The position numbers and the translations under genes were made by a program. From the NCBI GenBank assembly GCA_963822485.1, contig CAWGHW010000002.1, forward strand, positions 20,507 through 84,506: DNA of 64,000 bases, written 5' to 3'. Origin of the DNA: an uncultured Actinomycetota bacterium (GTDB lineage Bacteria; Actinomycetota; Actinomycetes; Streptosporangiales; Streptosporangiaceae). Below the pieces are notes generated by a model. The model did not search any database, was not told where the DNA came from, and saw only the letters and a program-made list of their open reading frames with translations. Of the stretch, positions 42,987-54,655 are shown in pieces. Positions within the stretch are counted from its first letter, which is position 1, and each line of letters opens with the position of its first letter.

Positions 42987-43853
42987 ATGGAGCGCAGCAG
43001 CCCGATCCTGGTGACCGGGGCCACCGGCAACACCGGCCAGGCGCTCGTGGCCGCCCTGACCAGGCGCGGGGAAACAGTGCGGGCCATGGTGCGCGGCCAT
43101 GACGACGGCGCCAGGCTCCCGGCCGGGACGGCGGTGGCGGTCGCCGACTTCGACGAGCCGGCCTCCGTCGCCGCGGCGCTCGCGGGCGCGGAGCGGGCCT
43201 ACCTGGTCACGCCGTCGTCCGAGCGGGCGGAGACCCAGCAGCGGCGCTTCGCCGACCTGGCCGCCGAGGCCGGGGTCAAGCACCTGGTCGTGCTGTCCCA
43301 GCTGGCCGCCGCCGAGGACTCCCCGGTCCGGTTCCTGCGCTACCACGGGGCGGTCGAGCGGCATGTCCGCGAGCTGGGGCTGCCCTACACGTTCCTGCGC
43401 CCCAACCTGTACTTCCAGGGGCTGCTGGCCTTCGCCGGGATGATCGCCGCCACCGGCCAGGTCGCCGCGCCGATCGGCGACGCGGCAGTCAGCGCCGTAG
43501 ACGTGCGGGACATTGCCGAGGTGGCGGCCGTGGTACTGACCCAGCCGGGCCACGAGTACGCCACCTACACGCTGACCGGCCCGGAAGCGGTCACGCACGC
43601 TCAGATGGCCGCGGCGCTGACGGCCGCGCTGGGCCGCGAGATCAGCTTCACCGACGCCACCCCCGAGGCGTTCGCCGCTAGCCTGCACGGCATCCTGCCG
43701 CCCTGGCAGGTGGAGGGCCTGCTGGAGGACTACGCGCACTATCGGCGCGGTGAGGCGGCAGCGGTCTCCCCGGCGGTGCCCGAGATCACCGGCCGGCCCG
43801 CTGTCGGCGTCGCCCAGTTCGCCCGCGACTACGCCGGGGCGTTCAGCCGCTGA
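42987..43853 (+). CDS. NmrA-family NAD(P)H-binding protein (atypical SDR)
   Basis: Track ORF 42963..43853. ATG 42987 is preferred because GGGGAG lies 9 nt upstream. Contains ILVTGATGNTGQALVAAL. Confidence 0.85.
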   Translation: MERSSPILVTGATGNTGQALVAALTRRGETVRAMVRGHDDGARLPAGTAVAVADFDEPASVAAALAGAERAYLVTPSSERAETQQRRFADLAAEAGVKHLVVLSQLAAAEDSPVRFLRYHGAVERHVRELGLPYTFLRPNLYFQGLLAFAGMIAATGQVAAPIGDAAVSAVDVRDIAEVAAVVLTQPGHEYATYTLTGPEAVTHAQMAAALTAALGREISFTDATPEAFAASLHGILPPWQVEGLLEDYAHYRRGEAAAVSPAVPEITGRPAVGVAQFARDYAGAFSR

Positions 43854-44226
43854 GCTGGCCGCCCCAGTCGGCCGGGTCCACGTCGGCGAGCGTCTGCGTG
43901 AACGTCCACAGGTGGCCGGCCAGGTCCTCGGCGTTGTACTGCCGCTCGCCGTACACCTGATCGGCCGGCTCCATCAGGATGCGCGCGCCGTGCGCGCGGG
44001 CCCGCTCGCAGTGCGCCCGCGCGTCCTCGACGCGCACCATGACCGAGTGAGTGACCTCGCCGGCGCGCGGCGGCTGGCGATCGCCGTGCGCCTCGGCGAT
44101 GATCACGTCCCCGTCACCGACCCGGAGCTGCGAGCGGTGACCCTCGCCGATCCGCAGCCGCTCGGCGAAGCCGAACGCCGCGGACAGCCAGTCGACCGCC
44201 GCCGGGACATCGGGATAGATCAGCAC
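43843..44226 (-). CDS. VOC/glyoxalase-family protein
   Basis: 127-aa ORF. Contains YPDVPAAVDWLSAAFGF...VRVEDARAHCERARAHGARIL..P.DQ.YGERQY..EDLAGHLWTF. The N-terminus is uncertain. TVIPV precedes the GTG in frame, but no upstream start codon exists. Confidence 0.75.
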   Translation of the reverse strand: MLIYPDVPAAVDWLSAAFGFAERLRIGEGHRSQLRVGDGDVIIAEAHGDRQPPRAGEVTHSVMVRVEDARAHCERARAHGARILMEPADQVYGERQYNAEDLAGHLWTFTQTLADVDPADWGGQLSG

Positions 44227-44334
44227 CGGGATGACAGTGGACGCCGGGGCGGATCGGTTGTGCGGCGCGGTTGGGTTTCATGCCGGCAGACTAGTGAACG
44301 AGCGGCCCAGCCGGGGTGGCTCAGCCGTGGTAGC

Positions 44335-44676
44335 TCAGCCATGGTGGCCGAGCTGGGCGCAGACCTTGGGGACCGGCTTGATGTCGTCGCATGCGGCGGC
44401 GATCTGCGCCACCGTCAATGACAGGTCTTTCTTCCCGAGCCGGCGCAGGACCGCGCTGTTGAGCATGGCCTTGGTCTTGCACGCCTCGAGGATGAGCGCG
44501 TAGCGCACCGTGGCCGCCTGCTTGTTGCCGGGCGAGGCGGCCTTGGCCACGGCGCTGAAGCACCGGGCGGTCTGGATCGCGTCGTGGATTCCCCTGCTCG
44601 CGCTGCTCGTGCAACCCGCCGCCCCCGCCGTCAGCAGCAGGAGGGCAGCCACCGCCACGAGCCGTCTGATCCGCAC
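44335..44676 (-). CDS. Small lipoprotein
   Basis: 113-aa ORF. Signal plus lipobox reads VAVAALLLLTAGAAGCTS. Confidence 0.65.
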   Translation of the reverse strand: MRIRRLVAVAALLLLTAGAAGCTSSASRGIHDAIQTARCFSAVAKAASPGNKQAATVRYALILEACKTKAMLNSAVLRRLGKKDLSLTVAQIAAACDDIKPVPKVCAQLGHHG

Positions 44677-44822
44677 AGCTCAGCACTGTACCCGGACAGA
44701 ACGACGCAATCCTTGCGCACCCGCCGTCGGGCCGGGCCGAAAACCCAGGCTTTACAGGGGCTGAGGTACAGGGGTACATTACTCAAGTAATGAACCACGC
44801 AACTAAGGAAGGAGCCGGGCGG

Positions 44823-45215
44823 TTGCGAGATATGGCCGGCCTCGACGAAGGGGCCCCGATCTTCGTCCAGATCGCTGAGCGGCTCTCCGAGGAGATCGCG
44901 GACGGCAGCCTGGCCGAGGGCGAGCGGGTGCCCTCGACCAACGAGCTGGCCGCCTTCTACCGAATCAACCCGGCCACCGCGGCGAAGGGAATCAGCATGC
45001 TCACCGACGACGGGCTGGTGGAAAAGCGCCGCGGCATCGGGATGTTCGTGGCGGCCGGCGCCCGGGCGCAACTGCTGGCGGCGCGCCGCAAGCAGTTCGC
45101 CGAGCGCTACGTGGAGCCCCTGGTCAGCGAGGCCAGCCGGCTCGGGATTGACGCCGATGAGCTGGTCGCGCTGATCCGCGAGTCCGGCTTCGTGCAGGAA
45201 GGTACGAGACCATGA
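44823..45215 (+). CDS. GntR-family regulator, YtrA subfamily
   Basis: Track ORF 44790..45215. TTG 44823 is favoured by GGAAGGAG 8 nt upstream. Contains PIFVQIAERLSEEIADGSLAEGERVPSTNELAAFYRINPATAAKGISML. Confidence 0.85.
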   Translation: MRDMAGLDEGAPIFVQIAERLSEEIADGSLAEGERVPSTNELAAFYRINPATAAKGISMLTDDGLVEKRRGIGMFVAAGARAQLLAARRKQFAERYVEPLVSEASRLGIDADELVALIRESGFVQEGTRP

Positions 45216-46126
45216 CGCCCTCGATCTCGGTCGCCGACATCAGCCGCCGGTACCGTGGCCAGCTGGCCCTCGATCGGGTCAGCTTCGACATCGAGCCCGG
45301 CTCCATCACCGGGCTGCTGGGCCGCAACGGCGCGGGCAAGACCACGCTGCTGCGCATCATCGCGGGCCAGGAGTTCCCCTCGGCGGGCGCGGTCAGCGTG
45401 CTGGGCGCCAGCCCGGTCGCCGCTGATCATCTGCAGGGGCGGGTGGTGTTCATCCGCGAGGACCAGCGTTACCCGGAAAACGGGATACCGGGCGGATTCC
45501 AGGTCCGGCACGCGCTCAAGGCGGCCTCCTGGTTCTACCCGGACTGGGACGCCGACCTGGCCGGGGAGCTGGCCGACGCCTTCAGCCTGCCGATCAAGCG
45601 CTCGGTCAGGAGGCTGTCCCGCGGGATGCGCTCGGCGCTGGGCATCGTCATCGGCATGGCCGCGCAGGCCGAGGTGACGTTGTTCGACGAGCCGTACGCC
45701 GGCCTGGACCCGGTGGCGCGGCAGATCTTCTACGACCGGCTGCTGGCCGACTATGCCGCCCATCCCCGGACGATGATGATGTCCACGCACCTCATCGACG
45801 AGGCCGCCGGCCTGTTCGAGCGGGTTGTGGTCATCGACCGCGGCCAGATCATGCTCGACGCCGCCGCCGATGACGTGCGCGGCGCCGCGATCAGCGTCAG
45901 CGGCCCGGCCATCGGGGTGGCGGAGTTCACCGCCGGGCGCACCGTCTGGAACCGGCGGCGGATCGCCGGGCAGGAGTCGGCGGTGGTGGCCGGCCCGCTG
46001 GACGACAGCGACTACACCCGGGCCAGGGCGCTGCGGCTGAGCCTGGAGCCGCTGACGTTGCAGCAGGTCGTGGTGCATGCGGCCAGCCAGCAAGACACCG
46101 TTGCGCGGGAAAGGACGAGCGCATGA
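45212..46126 (+). CDS. ABC transporter ATP-binding protein
   Basis: 304-aa ORF. Walker A GRNGAGKTT, signature LSRGMRS, Walker B TLFDEP. ATGA overlap with the regulator gene. Confidence 0.9.
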   Translation: MTPSISVADISRRYRGQLALDRVSFDIEPGSITGLLGRNGAGKTTLLRIIAGQEFPSAGAVSVLGASPVAADHLQGRVVFIREDQRYPENGIPGGFQVRHALKAASWFYPDWDADLAGELADAFSLPIKRSVRRLSRGMRSALGIVIGMAAQAEVTLFDEPYAGLDPVARQIFYDRLLADYAAHPRTMMMSTHLIDEAAGLFERVVVIDRGQIMLDAAADDVRGAAISVSGPAIGVAEFTAGRTVWNRRRIAGQESAVVAGPLDDSDYTRARALRLSLEPLTLQQVVVHAASQQDTVARERTSA

Positions 46127-46812
46127 ACACCTGGATCAAGGTCGCCCGGTTCCAGCTGGCCGACCGGCTGAGCTACACCGCGCTGCCGTGGGGCATCCTG
46201 GGCGTCAACTTCGCCATCTGGTACGTGCTGGCCGGGAGCTTCGGCGGCGGCGGCGCGCAGGTCCCGGCGTACAGCGTCTGCGCGATCTACGTGGTCTACC
46301 TCTTCGTGGGCATGTTCAGCATGTTCCGGTCGCTGCCGTTCGCGTTCGCCCTGGGCGTGAGCCGGCGGGCCTACTACAGCGGCACCGTCCTGCTCGCGGC
46401 CGGCCTGTCCGCGATCTACGGGCTGCTGCTGACGCTGCTGAAGGTGCTCGAGGAGGTCAGCGACGGCTGGGGCGTGGGCCTGCACTTCTTCCGGGTCAGC
46501 TACATCCTGTCCGGGCCGTGGTACCTGACCTGGCTCACCTCATTCATCGGCCTGACCCTGATGTTCCTGTACGGCATGTGGATCGGGCTGGTGTTCCGGC
46601 GCTGGGGGCTGCTCGCCACCATGTCCTTCGCCACCGCGCAGGTCGCCGCGGCGCTCATCGGCGTGATCATCGTCAGCAGCTCGCACGCCTGGGGGTCGGT
46701 CGGCCACTTCTTCACCGCGATCAGCGCCGCCGGCTTCACCGGCCTGCTGGCCGCGCTCGCGGCGGTGCTGCTGGCGGGCGGCTACGCGACCATGCGCCGC
46801 GTCACGGTCTGA
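46123..46812 (+). CDS. ABC-2-type membrane permease component (6 TMS)
   Basis: 229-aa hydrophobic ORF. ATGA overlap with the ATPase gene. Confidence 0.75.
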   Translation: MNTWIKVARFQLADRLSYTALPWGILGVNFAIWYVLAGSFGGGGAQVPAYSVCAIYVVYLFVGMFSMFRSLPFAFALGVSRRAYYSGTVLLAAGLSAIYGLLLTLLKVLEEVSDGWGVGLHFFRVSYILSGPWYLTWLTSFIGLTLMFLYGMWIGLVFRRWGLLATMSFATAQVAAALIGVIIVSSSHAWGSVGHFFTAISAAGFTGLLAALAAVLLAGGYATMRRVTV

Positions 46813-46828
46813 CGGCGGAGGAAATTCC

Positions 46829-48403
46829 ATGAAATCCCAAACGGCCTCGGCGACCTGCCTCAAGGTCGCCCTGCCCATGGCGGTCGCCCTGGCCTTAGCT
46901 GCGTGCAGCAGCCCCAGCTCGCCGACCGGGACCACGGTCACTAGCCACGGGGCGGCCAGGCCAGCCGGATCCTGGCCCTACCCCAACGGCAACCTGGCCA
47001 ACACCAGGGTCGCCGCCGGCTCCACGATCACCTCGGCCAACGTGTCCCGGCTCCAGCGGGCCTGGACGTTCCGGCTCACCGGCTCGGCGGTGGCCAGAAC
47101 GCCCGGCTACGGCTCGCTGGCCGCGGGGCCGATCGTCGCCGGCGGAGTCGTCTACCTCCAGGACCTGGACGCGAACGTCTACGCGCTGCGCCTGGCCACC
47201 GGGAAGCTGCTGTGGGAGTACCAGGTCGGCGTGCCGGAGAAGAGCGGGCCGGGCCCGGACGGCGTGGCGGTGTCCGGCGGCGTGGTCTACGGCGACACCT
47301 CGGCCACGGTCTTCGCGCTCAGCGCCCGCACCGGCAAGGTCATCTGGGTCGACAAGCACCTGCTGAACAGCGGTCAGGGCGCGTTCGAGATTCAACCCCA
47401 GGTGACAAACAACAAGGTCTACGTGGCCAGTGCCTACGGAACCGGGCCGGGCGGGGGCGTGCTCTTCGCGCTCAACGCGTCGAATGGCCAGCCGGCGTGG
47501 AGATTCAGCACCCTGCTCGCCGCGACCGGTGCCGATGTCGGCGTCCGCACGAGCAAGATCGGCTCCGGCGGCGCGTGGGAGACGCCGCTGGTCGGCGCCG
47601 ACGGCTCGGTCACCTTCGGCGTCGGCAACCCCTACCAGTCCGCCGCGTCGGCGATCGCCCACCCGGCCGCGCAGCTGTACACCGACAGCGACGTCAACCT
47701 GGACGCCGCGACCGGGAAGCTGCGCTGGTACTACCAGGGCGTGTCCGATGACTTCATGGACCACGACATGCAGTCCTCGCCGATCGCGGCGACCATCGAC
47801 GGCGCGCCCGCGGTCATCGGCTCGGGCAAGCTGGGCGTGGTCGACGCCATGAACGCCAGGACCGGCAAGCTGATCTGGAAGACGCCGGTCGGCGAGCACA
47901 GCCAGTCGGACAACTACCCGGCCGAGGCGCTGGCCCGCACGCTCACGCTCAAGGCGCCGTACACGATCCTGCCCGGCTCGCTGGGCGGCGTGCTGTCCAA
48001 CCTGGCCGTGGCCGCAAACACGGTGTACGTGGCCACCATCAACCTGCCGTTCCGGCTGCCCAAGCTGGTCTACCCGCTGGGGGCGCCGGTCGGCAACGGC
48101 ACCGGGCAGGTCGAGGCCCTGAACCTCAGCACCGGCAAGGTGGAATGGGACACCAAGGTCGCGACCATGCCGCTGGGCGCCGCCACGGTGTCCAACGACC
48201 TGGTCTTCACCACGCTGTACAGCGGGGTCCTGATCGCCTTCAACCGCGCCACCGGCGCCATCGTCTACCAGCACAAGCTGCCGACGTCGGCCAACTCGCC
48301 CATCGCCATCGCCGGCAACTCGGTGCTGGTCCCGGCAGGCGGCTCGAGCGTCTTCGGGGTCACCGGAGGGTCGCCTCAGCTGGTCGCCTACACCGTGCCC
48401 TGA
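46829..48403 (+). CDS. PQQ-like beta-propeller repeat lipoprotein
   Basis: 524-aa ORF. Lipobox ALALAACSS. Repeated G.VY....DG.V.ALd..TGk..W blades. GGAGGA RBS upstream. Confidence 0.8.
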   Translation: MKSQTASATCLKVALPMAVALALAACSSPSSPTGTTVTSHGAARPAGSWPYPNGNLANTRVAAGSTITSANVSRLQRAWTFRLTGSAVARTPGYGSLAAGPIVAGGVVYLQDLDANVYALRLATGKLLWEYQVGVPEKSGPGPDGVAVSGGVVYGDTSATVFALSARTGKVIWVDKHLLNSGQGAFEIQPQVTNNKVYVASAYGTGPGGGVLFALNASNGQPAWRFSTLLAATGADVGVRTSKIGSGGAWETPLVGADGSVTFGVGNPYQSAASAIAHPAAQLYTDSDVNLDAATGKLRWYYQGVSDDFMDHDMQSSPIAATIDGAPAVIGSGKLGVVDAMNARTGKLIWKTPVGEHSQSDNYPAEALARTLTLKAPYTILPGSLGGVLSNLAVAANTVYVATINLPFRLPKLVYPLGAPVGNGTGQVEALNLSTGKVEWDTKVATMPLGAATVSNDLVFTTLYSGVLIAFNRATGAIVYQHKLPTSANSPIAIAGNSVLVPAGGSSVFGVTGGSPQLVAYTVP

Positions 48404-48514
48404 GCCCGGCCGGCGCCGCCGGGCGCCAGCACAAAGACGTCCAGGCCGACCTGCTCGGGCCGGCCTGGACGTCCTTTGTTAATCGCTTCGTCTATCGATG
48501 GTGTCTTAGTTCGG

Positions 48515-51240
<2,726 letters not shown>

Positions 51241-51310
51241 CCTATCGCGCTAAACGCGAATCATTCAAGAGAACGAACAATCCCAGTTTGAGACGTCGCG
51301 GACTCCTGTC

Positions 51311-51333
51311 CGTGATCACTCCGAGTGATCACG
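51311..51333. promoter_or_regulatory. Two GTGATCAC palindromes 14 bp apart (also foldable as a 9-bp hairpin) upstream of furA
   Basis: cGTGATCACtccgaGTGATCACg lies 71 nt upstream of the furA start. The core TGATCACTCCG(A)GTGA recurs at 9585. Confidence 0.5.
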
Positions 51334-51460
51334 AAATAAGCAGAGTGTGAGCGGTATGTGGTGCTCCGGGGGGATGCGAGGAGCGTCTAGCTAGTGGGCC
51401 TCTTAAGCGCCCTCGCGACCGCGAGCAGGCGTACGGAGCCCCGCCGTCAGGAGCTGCCCG

Positions 51461-52588
51461 ATGCCTGCATCTGCCATCCGCCCCCTCATCGCGACGGCCG
51501 CGGCCACCATCGCCCTGGCCTCGCTCGGGACGGCCGGGGCCGCCAGCGCGGTCACGGCCACCGCGCCGACGGCCTACGTGGTCGTCCCGCATGGCCTCGT
51601 GCCCATCAACGTCGCCACCGGCACGACCGGCACGACCATCCCCTACCAGGGCGACACGGTCCGCCAGCTGCTGGCCACTCCCGACCAGACGAAGCTGTAC
51701 GGCGAGGATGGCTTCGGCGTCATCCCGTTCCGCCTCCCGACCCAGACGGCCCAGCCGCGGCTGGGCTTCCACCGGGTCCAGGGCATCGCGATCACTCCGA
51801 ACGGCAAGACCATGTTCGTCGCGGCCGGGGCGCTGCGCGTCTACCCCGTCCCGACCGCCACCGACAAGCCCGGCAAGCCCATCAAGCTGGCCAACAACGC
51901 CTTCGCCATCGCCATCACGCCCAACGGCAAGACCCTTTACACCGCCGGCAACTACACCGGCAGCAAGGTCACCCCGGTCAACGTCGCCACGGGCCGGGCG
52001 GAGCACTTCATCAGGGTCGGCGACTTCCCGGACGCGATCGCCGTCACGCCGAACGGGAAGACGGCCTACGTCGCAAGTCTCGACGCGGGCACCGTCACTC
52101 CCATATCGACCAGAAACAACCGGCCCGGCAAGCCCATCAAGATCCCGCACGGCGATCCGCTTCAGATCGTCGTGACGCCCAACAGCAAGACGGCCTACGT
52201 CCTCAGCGAGCCCGAAACTGGCGACCGCGGCTACGTGACGCCGATCAACGTCGCCACCGGCCGGGTCGGCAAGCAGATCAACGTTGGCCAGTCCCCCGGC
52301 ATCATCGCGATCGCGCCGAACGGCCGGACCGCCTACGTGAGCTACGACATCTCGCAGAAGTTCGGGGTGATCCCGATCAGCACCGCTACCGGCCGGGCGG
52401 GCAAGGCCATCCCGGTGGCCGGCCTCCCGACGTTCATCGCGTTCACGCCGGACGGCAAGCTGGCCTACGTCACCGATGACGGGGCCGGCGAGGTGACGCC
52501 CATCCGAGTCGCCACCAACACCCCCGAGCCCCCGATCAAGGTCGGGCCGAGCAACGGCATCGTCGCCTCCATCGTCTTCATCCGCTGA
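51461..52588 (+). CDS. Secreted YVTN-family beta-propeller repeat protein
   Basis: 375-aa ORF with a signal peptide. Has about 7 repeats of the form P.GIAITPNGKTAYV....G.VTPI...T. AGGAG RBS upstream. Confidence 0.85.
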   Translation: MPASAIRPLIATAAATIALASLGTAGAASAVTATAPTAYVVVPHGLVPINVATGTTGTTIPYQGDTVRQLLATPDQTKLYGEDGFGVIPFRLPTQTAQPRLGFHRVQGIAITPNGKTMFVAAGALRVYPVPTATDKPGKPIKLANNAFAIAITPNGKTLYTAGNYTGSKVTPVNVATGRAEHFIRVGDFPDAIAVTPNGKTAYVASLDAGTVTPISTRNNRPGKPIKIPHGDPLQIVVTPNSKTAYVLSEPETGDRGYVTPINVATGRVGKQINVGQSPGIIAIAPNGRTAYVSYDISQKFGVIPISTATGRAGKAIPVAGLPTFIAFTPDGKLAYVTDDGAGEVTPIRVATNTPEPPIKVGPSNGIVASIVFIR

Positions 52589-52610
52589 CCGCGCCCAAGC
52601 CCGCCACAGC

Positions 52611-53165
52611 TCAGCGCCGGGTGAACACGGCGTGGATGGTGAGGGTGTTGTGCATCGAGACCGTGCCCAGCAGATTCCAGGTGATGCCGAACTCGGCCCG
52701 GTTGACGTCGACCTCGGCGTCGAGCCAGATCTCGCCATCGCCGGCAACGGACGCGGCGGCATCGAAGGACACCGGCCGGGTGCGGTCGCGCACCGTCAGC
52801 ATGCCGGTCACCGCGACGCCCTGATCCGACGGCCGGATGCCGTCCGCGGTGAAGGTGATGTCCGGATGGCGGGCGGTGTCGAAGAAGTCGGCCGACCGCA
52901 GGTGCTTGTCCCGGCGGGCGTTCCTGGTGTCGATGGACGCCGCGGCCACCGTGATGGTGCCGCTGACCTCGCCGTCCGGCGAGACGGTGCCGGTCCCGCT
53001 CACCTCGCGGAAGACGCCGTTCACCGGGACCAGGCCCCACATGCTGCGGTTGTTCAGCTGGATACTGGACTGGCCGGGATCCAGGGCCCATCCGCCGGCC
53101 AGGGCCCCGCCGGTCAGCAGAGCCTCGAGCGCCGGCGCGGTTACCTGGCCTGATGGTGCCTGCAT
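52611..53165 (-). CDS. YceI-family polyisoprenoid-binding protein
   Basis: Track ORF 52611..53189 trimmed to ATG 53165, with AAGGAA upstream. Contains IDTRNARRDKHLRSADFFD...HPDITF and GITWN. Confidence 0.85.
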   Translation of the reverse strand: MQAPSGQVTAPALEALLTGGALAGGWALDPGQSSIQLNNRSMWGLVPVNGVFREVSGTGTVSPDGEVSGTITVAAASIDTRNARRDKHLRSADFFDTARHPDITFTADGIRPSDQGVAVTGMLTVRDRTRPVSFDAAASVAGDGEIWLDAEVDVNRAEFGITWNLLGTVSMHNTLTIHAVFTRR

Positions 53166-53255
53166 GATTGATTCCTTGTCACATCGCACGGTTTTGGGGT
53201 GTCACCCAATTGAGGTGTCACTTATATGACACGTCGCGACGGAGGAACGTGACCG

Positions 53256-54155
53256 ATGACCGAGTCCGACTGGCTGGCCGAGGGCTTCGAGCAGAATCGG
53301 GCCCGGCTGCGCGGGGTGGCCTACCGGATGCTCGGCTCGCTGACCGAGGCCGACGACGCCGTCCAGGAGACCTGGCTGCGCGTGAGCAGGTCAGACGCCA
53401 GCGGGGTCGATAACCTCAGCGCCTGGCTGACCACGATCACGGCCCGGGTGTGCCTGAACGTGCTGCGGTCGCGGCACGCGCGGCGCGAGGAGCCCATGGG
53501 CGTGCACGTGCCCGACGCGGTCATCAGCAGCGCGAGCGGGGCGAACCCCGAGGACGAGGCGCTGCTGGCCGACTCGGTCGGCCTGGCCCTGCAGGTGGTG
53601 CTGGACACGCTGGCCCCCGCCGAGCGGCTGGCGTTCGTCCTGCACGACATGTTCGACCTGCCCTTCGACGAGATCGCCCCCATGCTGGACCGTTCCCCGG
53701 CCACGACGCGGCAGCTGGCCAGCCGGGCTCGCCGCCGGGTGCGCGGCGCCGACGTCCAGGGCGTTGGCACCCGGGCCGGCGCCGACGCCGCTCGCCAGCG
53801 CCAGGTCGTCGATGCCTTCTTCGCCGCGGCCCACGACGGTGACCTCGAAGCACTCGTCGCGGTCCTCGACCCGGATGTCGTGCTGCGGTCCGACGGGGGA
53901 ACGGCGCATCCGGACTTCTCGCTGGTGCTCCGCGGCGCGGCCGCCGTGGCCGAGCGGACGCTCACGATCGCGCAGCCCACCGCGCCGAAGCGGCCGGTCC
54001 TGGTGAACGGCGGCCCGGGCGTGGTCGTGACGGTGGGCGGGCAGCCGTTCGCCGTCCTGGGCTTCACCGTCTCCCGCGGCAAGATCGTGGAGATCGACGC
54101 GATCGTCGGCCCCGAGCGCCTCCGCGGGGTCGACCTGGATGCCCTCAGCGACTGA
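53256..54155 (+). CDS. ECF sigma factor with C-terminal SnoaL/NTF2-like extension (SigJ / ECF41-like)
   Basis: 299-aa ORF. Contains LRGVAYRMLGS..EADDAVQETWLR and ERLAFVLHDMFDLPFDEIAPMLDRSPATTRQLASRARRRV. A ~110-aa extra domain follows. GGAGGAA RBS upstream. Confidence 0.88.
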   Translation: MTESDWLAEGFEQNRARLRGVAYRMLGSLTEADDAVQETWLRVSRSDASGVDNLSAWLTTITARVCLNVLRSRHARREEPMGVHVPDAVISSASGANPEDEALLADSVGLALQVVLDTLAPAERLAFVLHDMFDLPFDEIAPMLDRSPATTRQLASRARRRVRGADVQGVGTRAGADAARQRQVVDAFFAAAHDGDLEALVAVLDPDVVLRSDGGTAHPDFSLVLRGAAAVAERTLTIAQPTAPKRPVLVNGGPGVVVTVGGQPFAVLGFTVSRGKIVEIDAIVGPERLRGVDLDALSD

Positions 54156-54445
54156 TCGACAGGCGTTTCCGCTGCCAGCGGAGGAATGCCCCGCCGTGCG
54201 TCGACGCTGTCATCATGAACAAGGCCGAGCAAGCCTGGCGCGATCAGCTCGCCGCCACCACCGTGGCCGACATGATGGCCGAGGCATCCCGGTTCGGCCG
54301 CCCGCGCTCAGCAATGGCTCGACAGAATCAAGAGGTAACAGGTGGCTGGGAGCGCCGCCGCTTCGCGAGGCGATTGTCAGCCCGCGGAAGGCGATCAATG
54401 GAGAGAGGACACACTCCCCTCCACTTTCAACTTATAGCGCACTGG

Positions 54446-54464
54446 GGGGCTTGCGGCAAGACCC
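54446..54464. promoter_or_regulatory. RAE-like 19-bp inverted repeat (rifamycin-associated element candidate)
   Basis: GGGGCTTGCgGCAAGACCC pairs at 8 of 9 positions around a central G. It lies 192 nt upstream of the HelD/HelR start. A CATAAT -10-like hexamer sits at 54476-54481. Confidence 0.6.
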
Positions 54465-54655
54465 GGGTAGTGCCGCATAATCGCAGGCCGAGGCCAGAAC
54501 CGTCGTGGCTGAGGATCCGGACCCACGGGGCGGCGGTGGCCACGACGCAGCTGCCCGCCGCGGTCAGCCGGGGAAAGGCCGCCAGTACCCGCAGGAACCA
54601 CAGGCGCCTTGCCGCGCTCCATCGCCGCCAGCGACCTCAGATCGGAGCTGATGCC

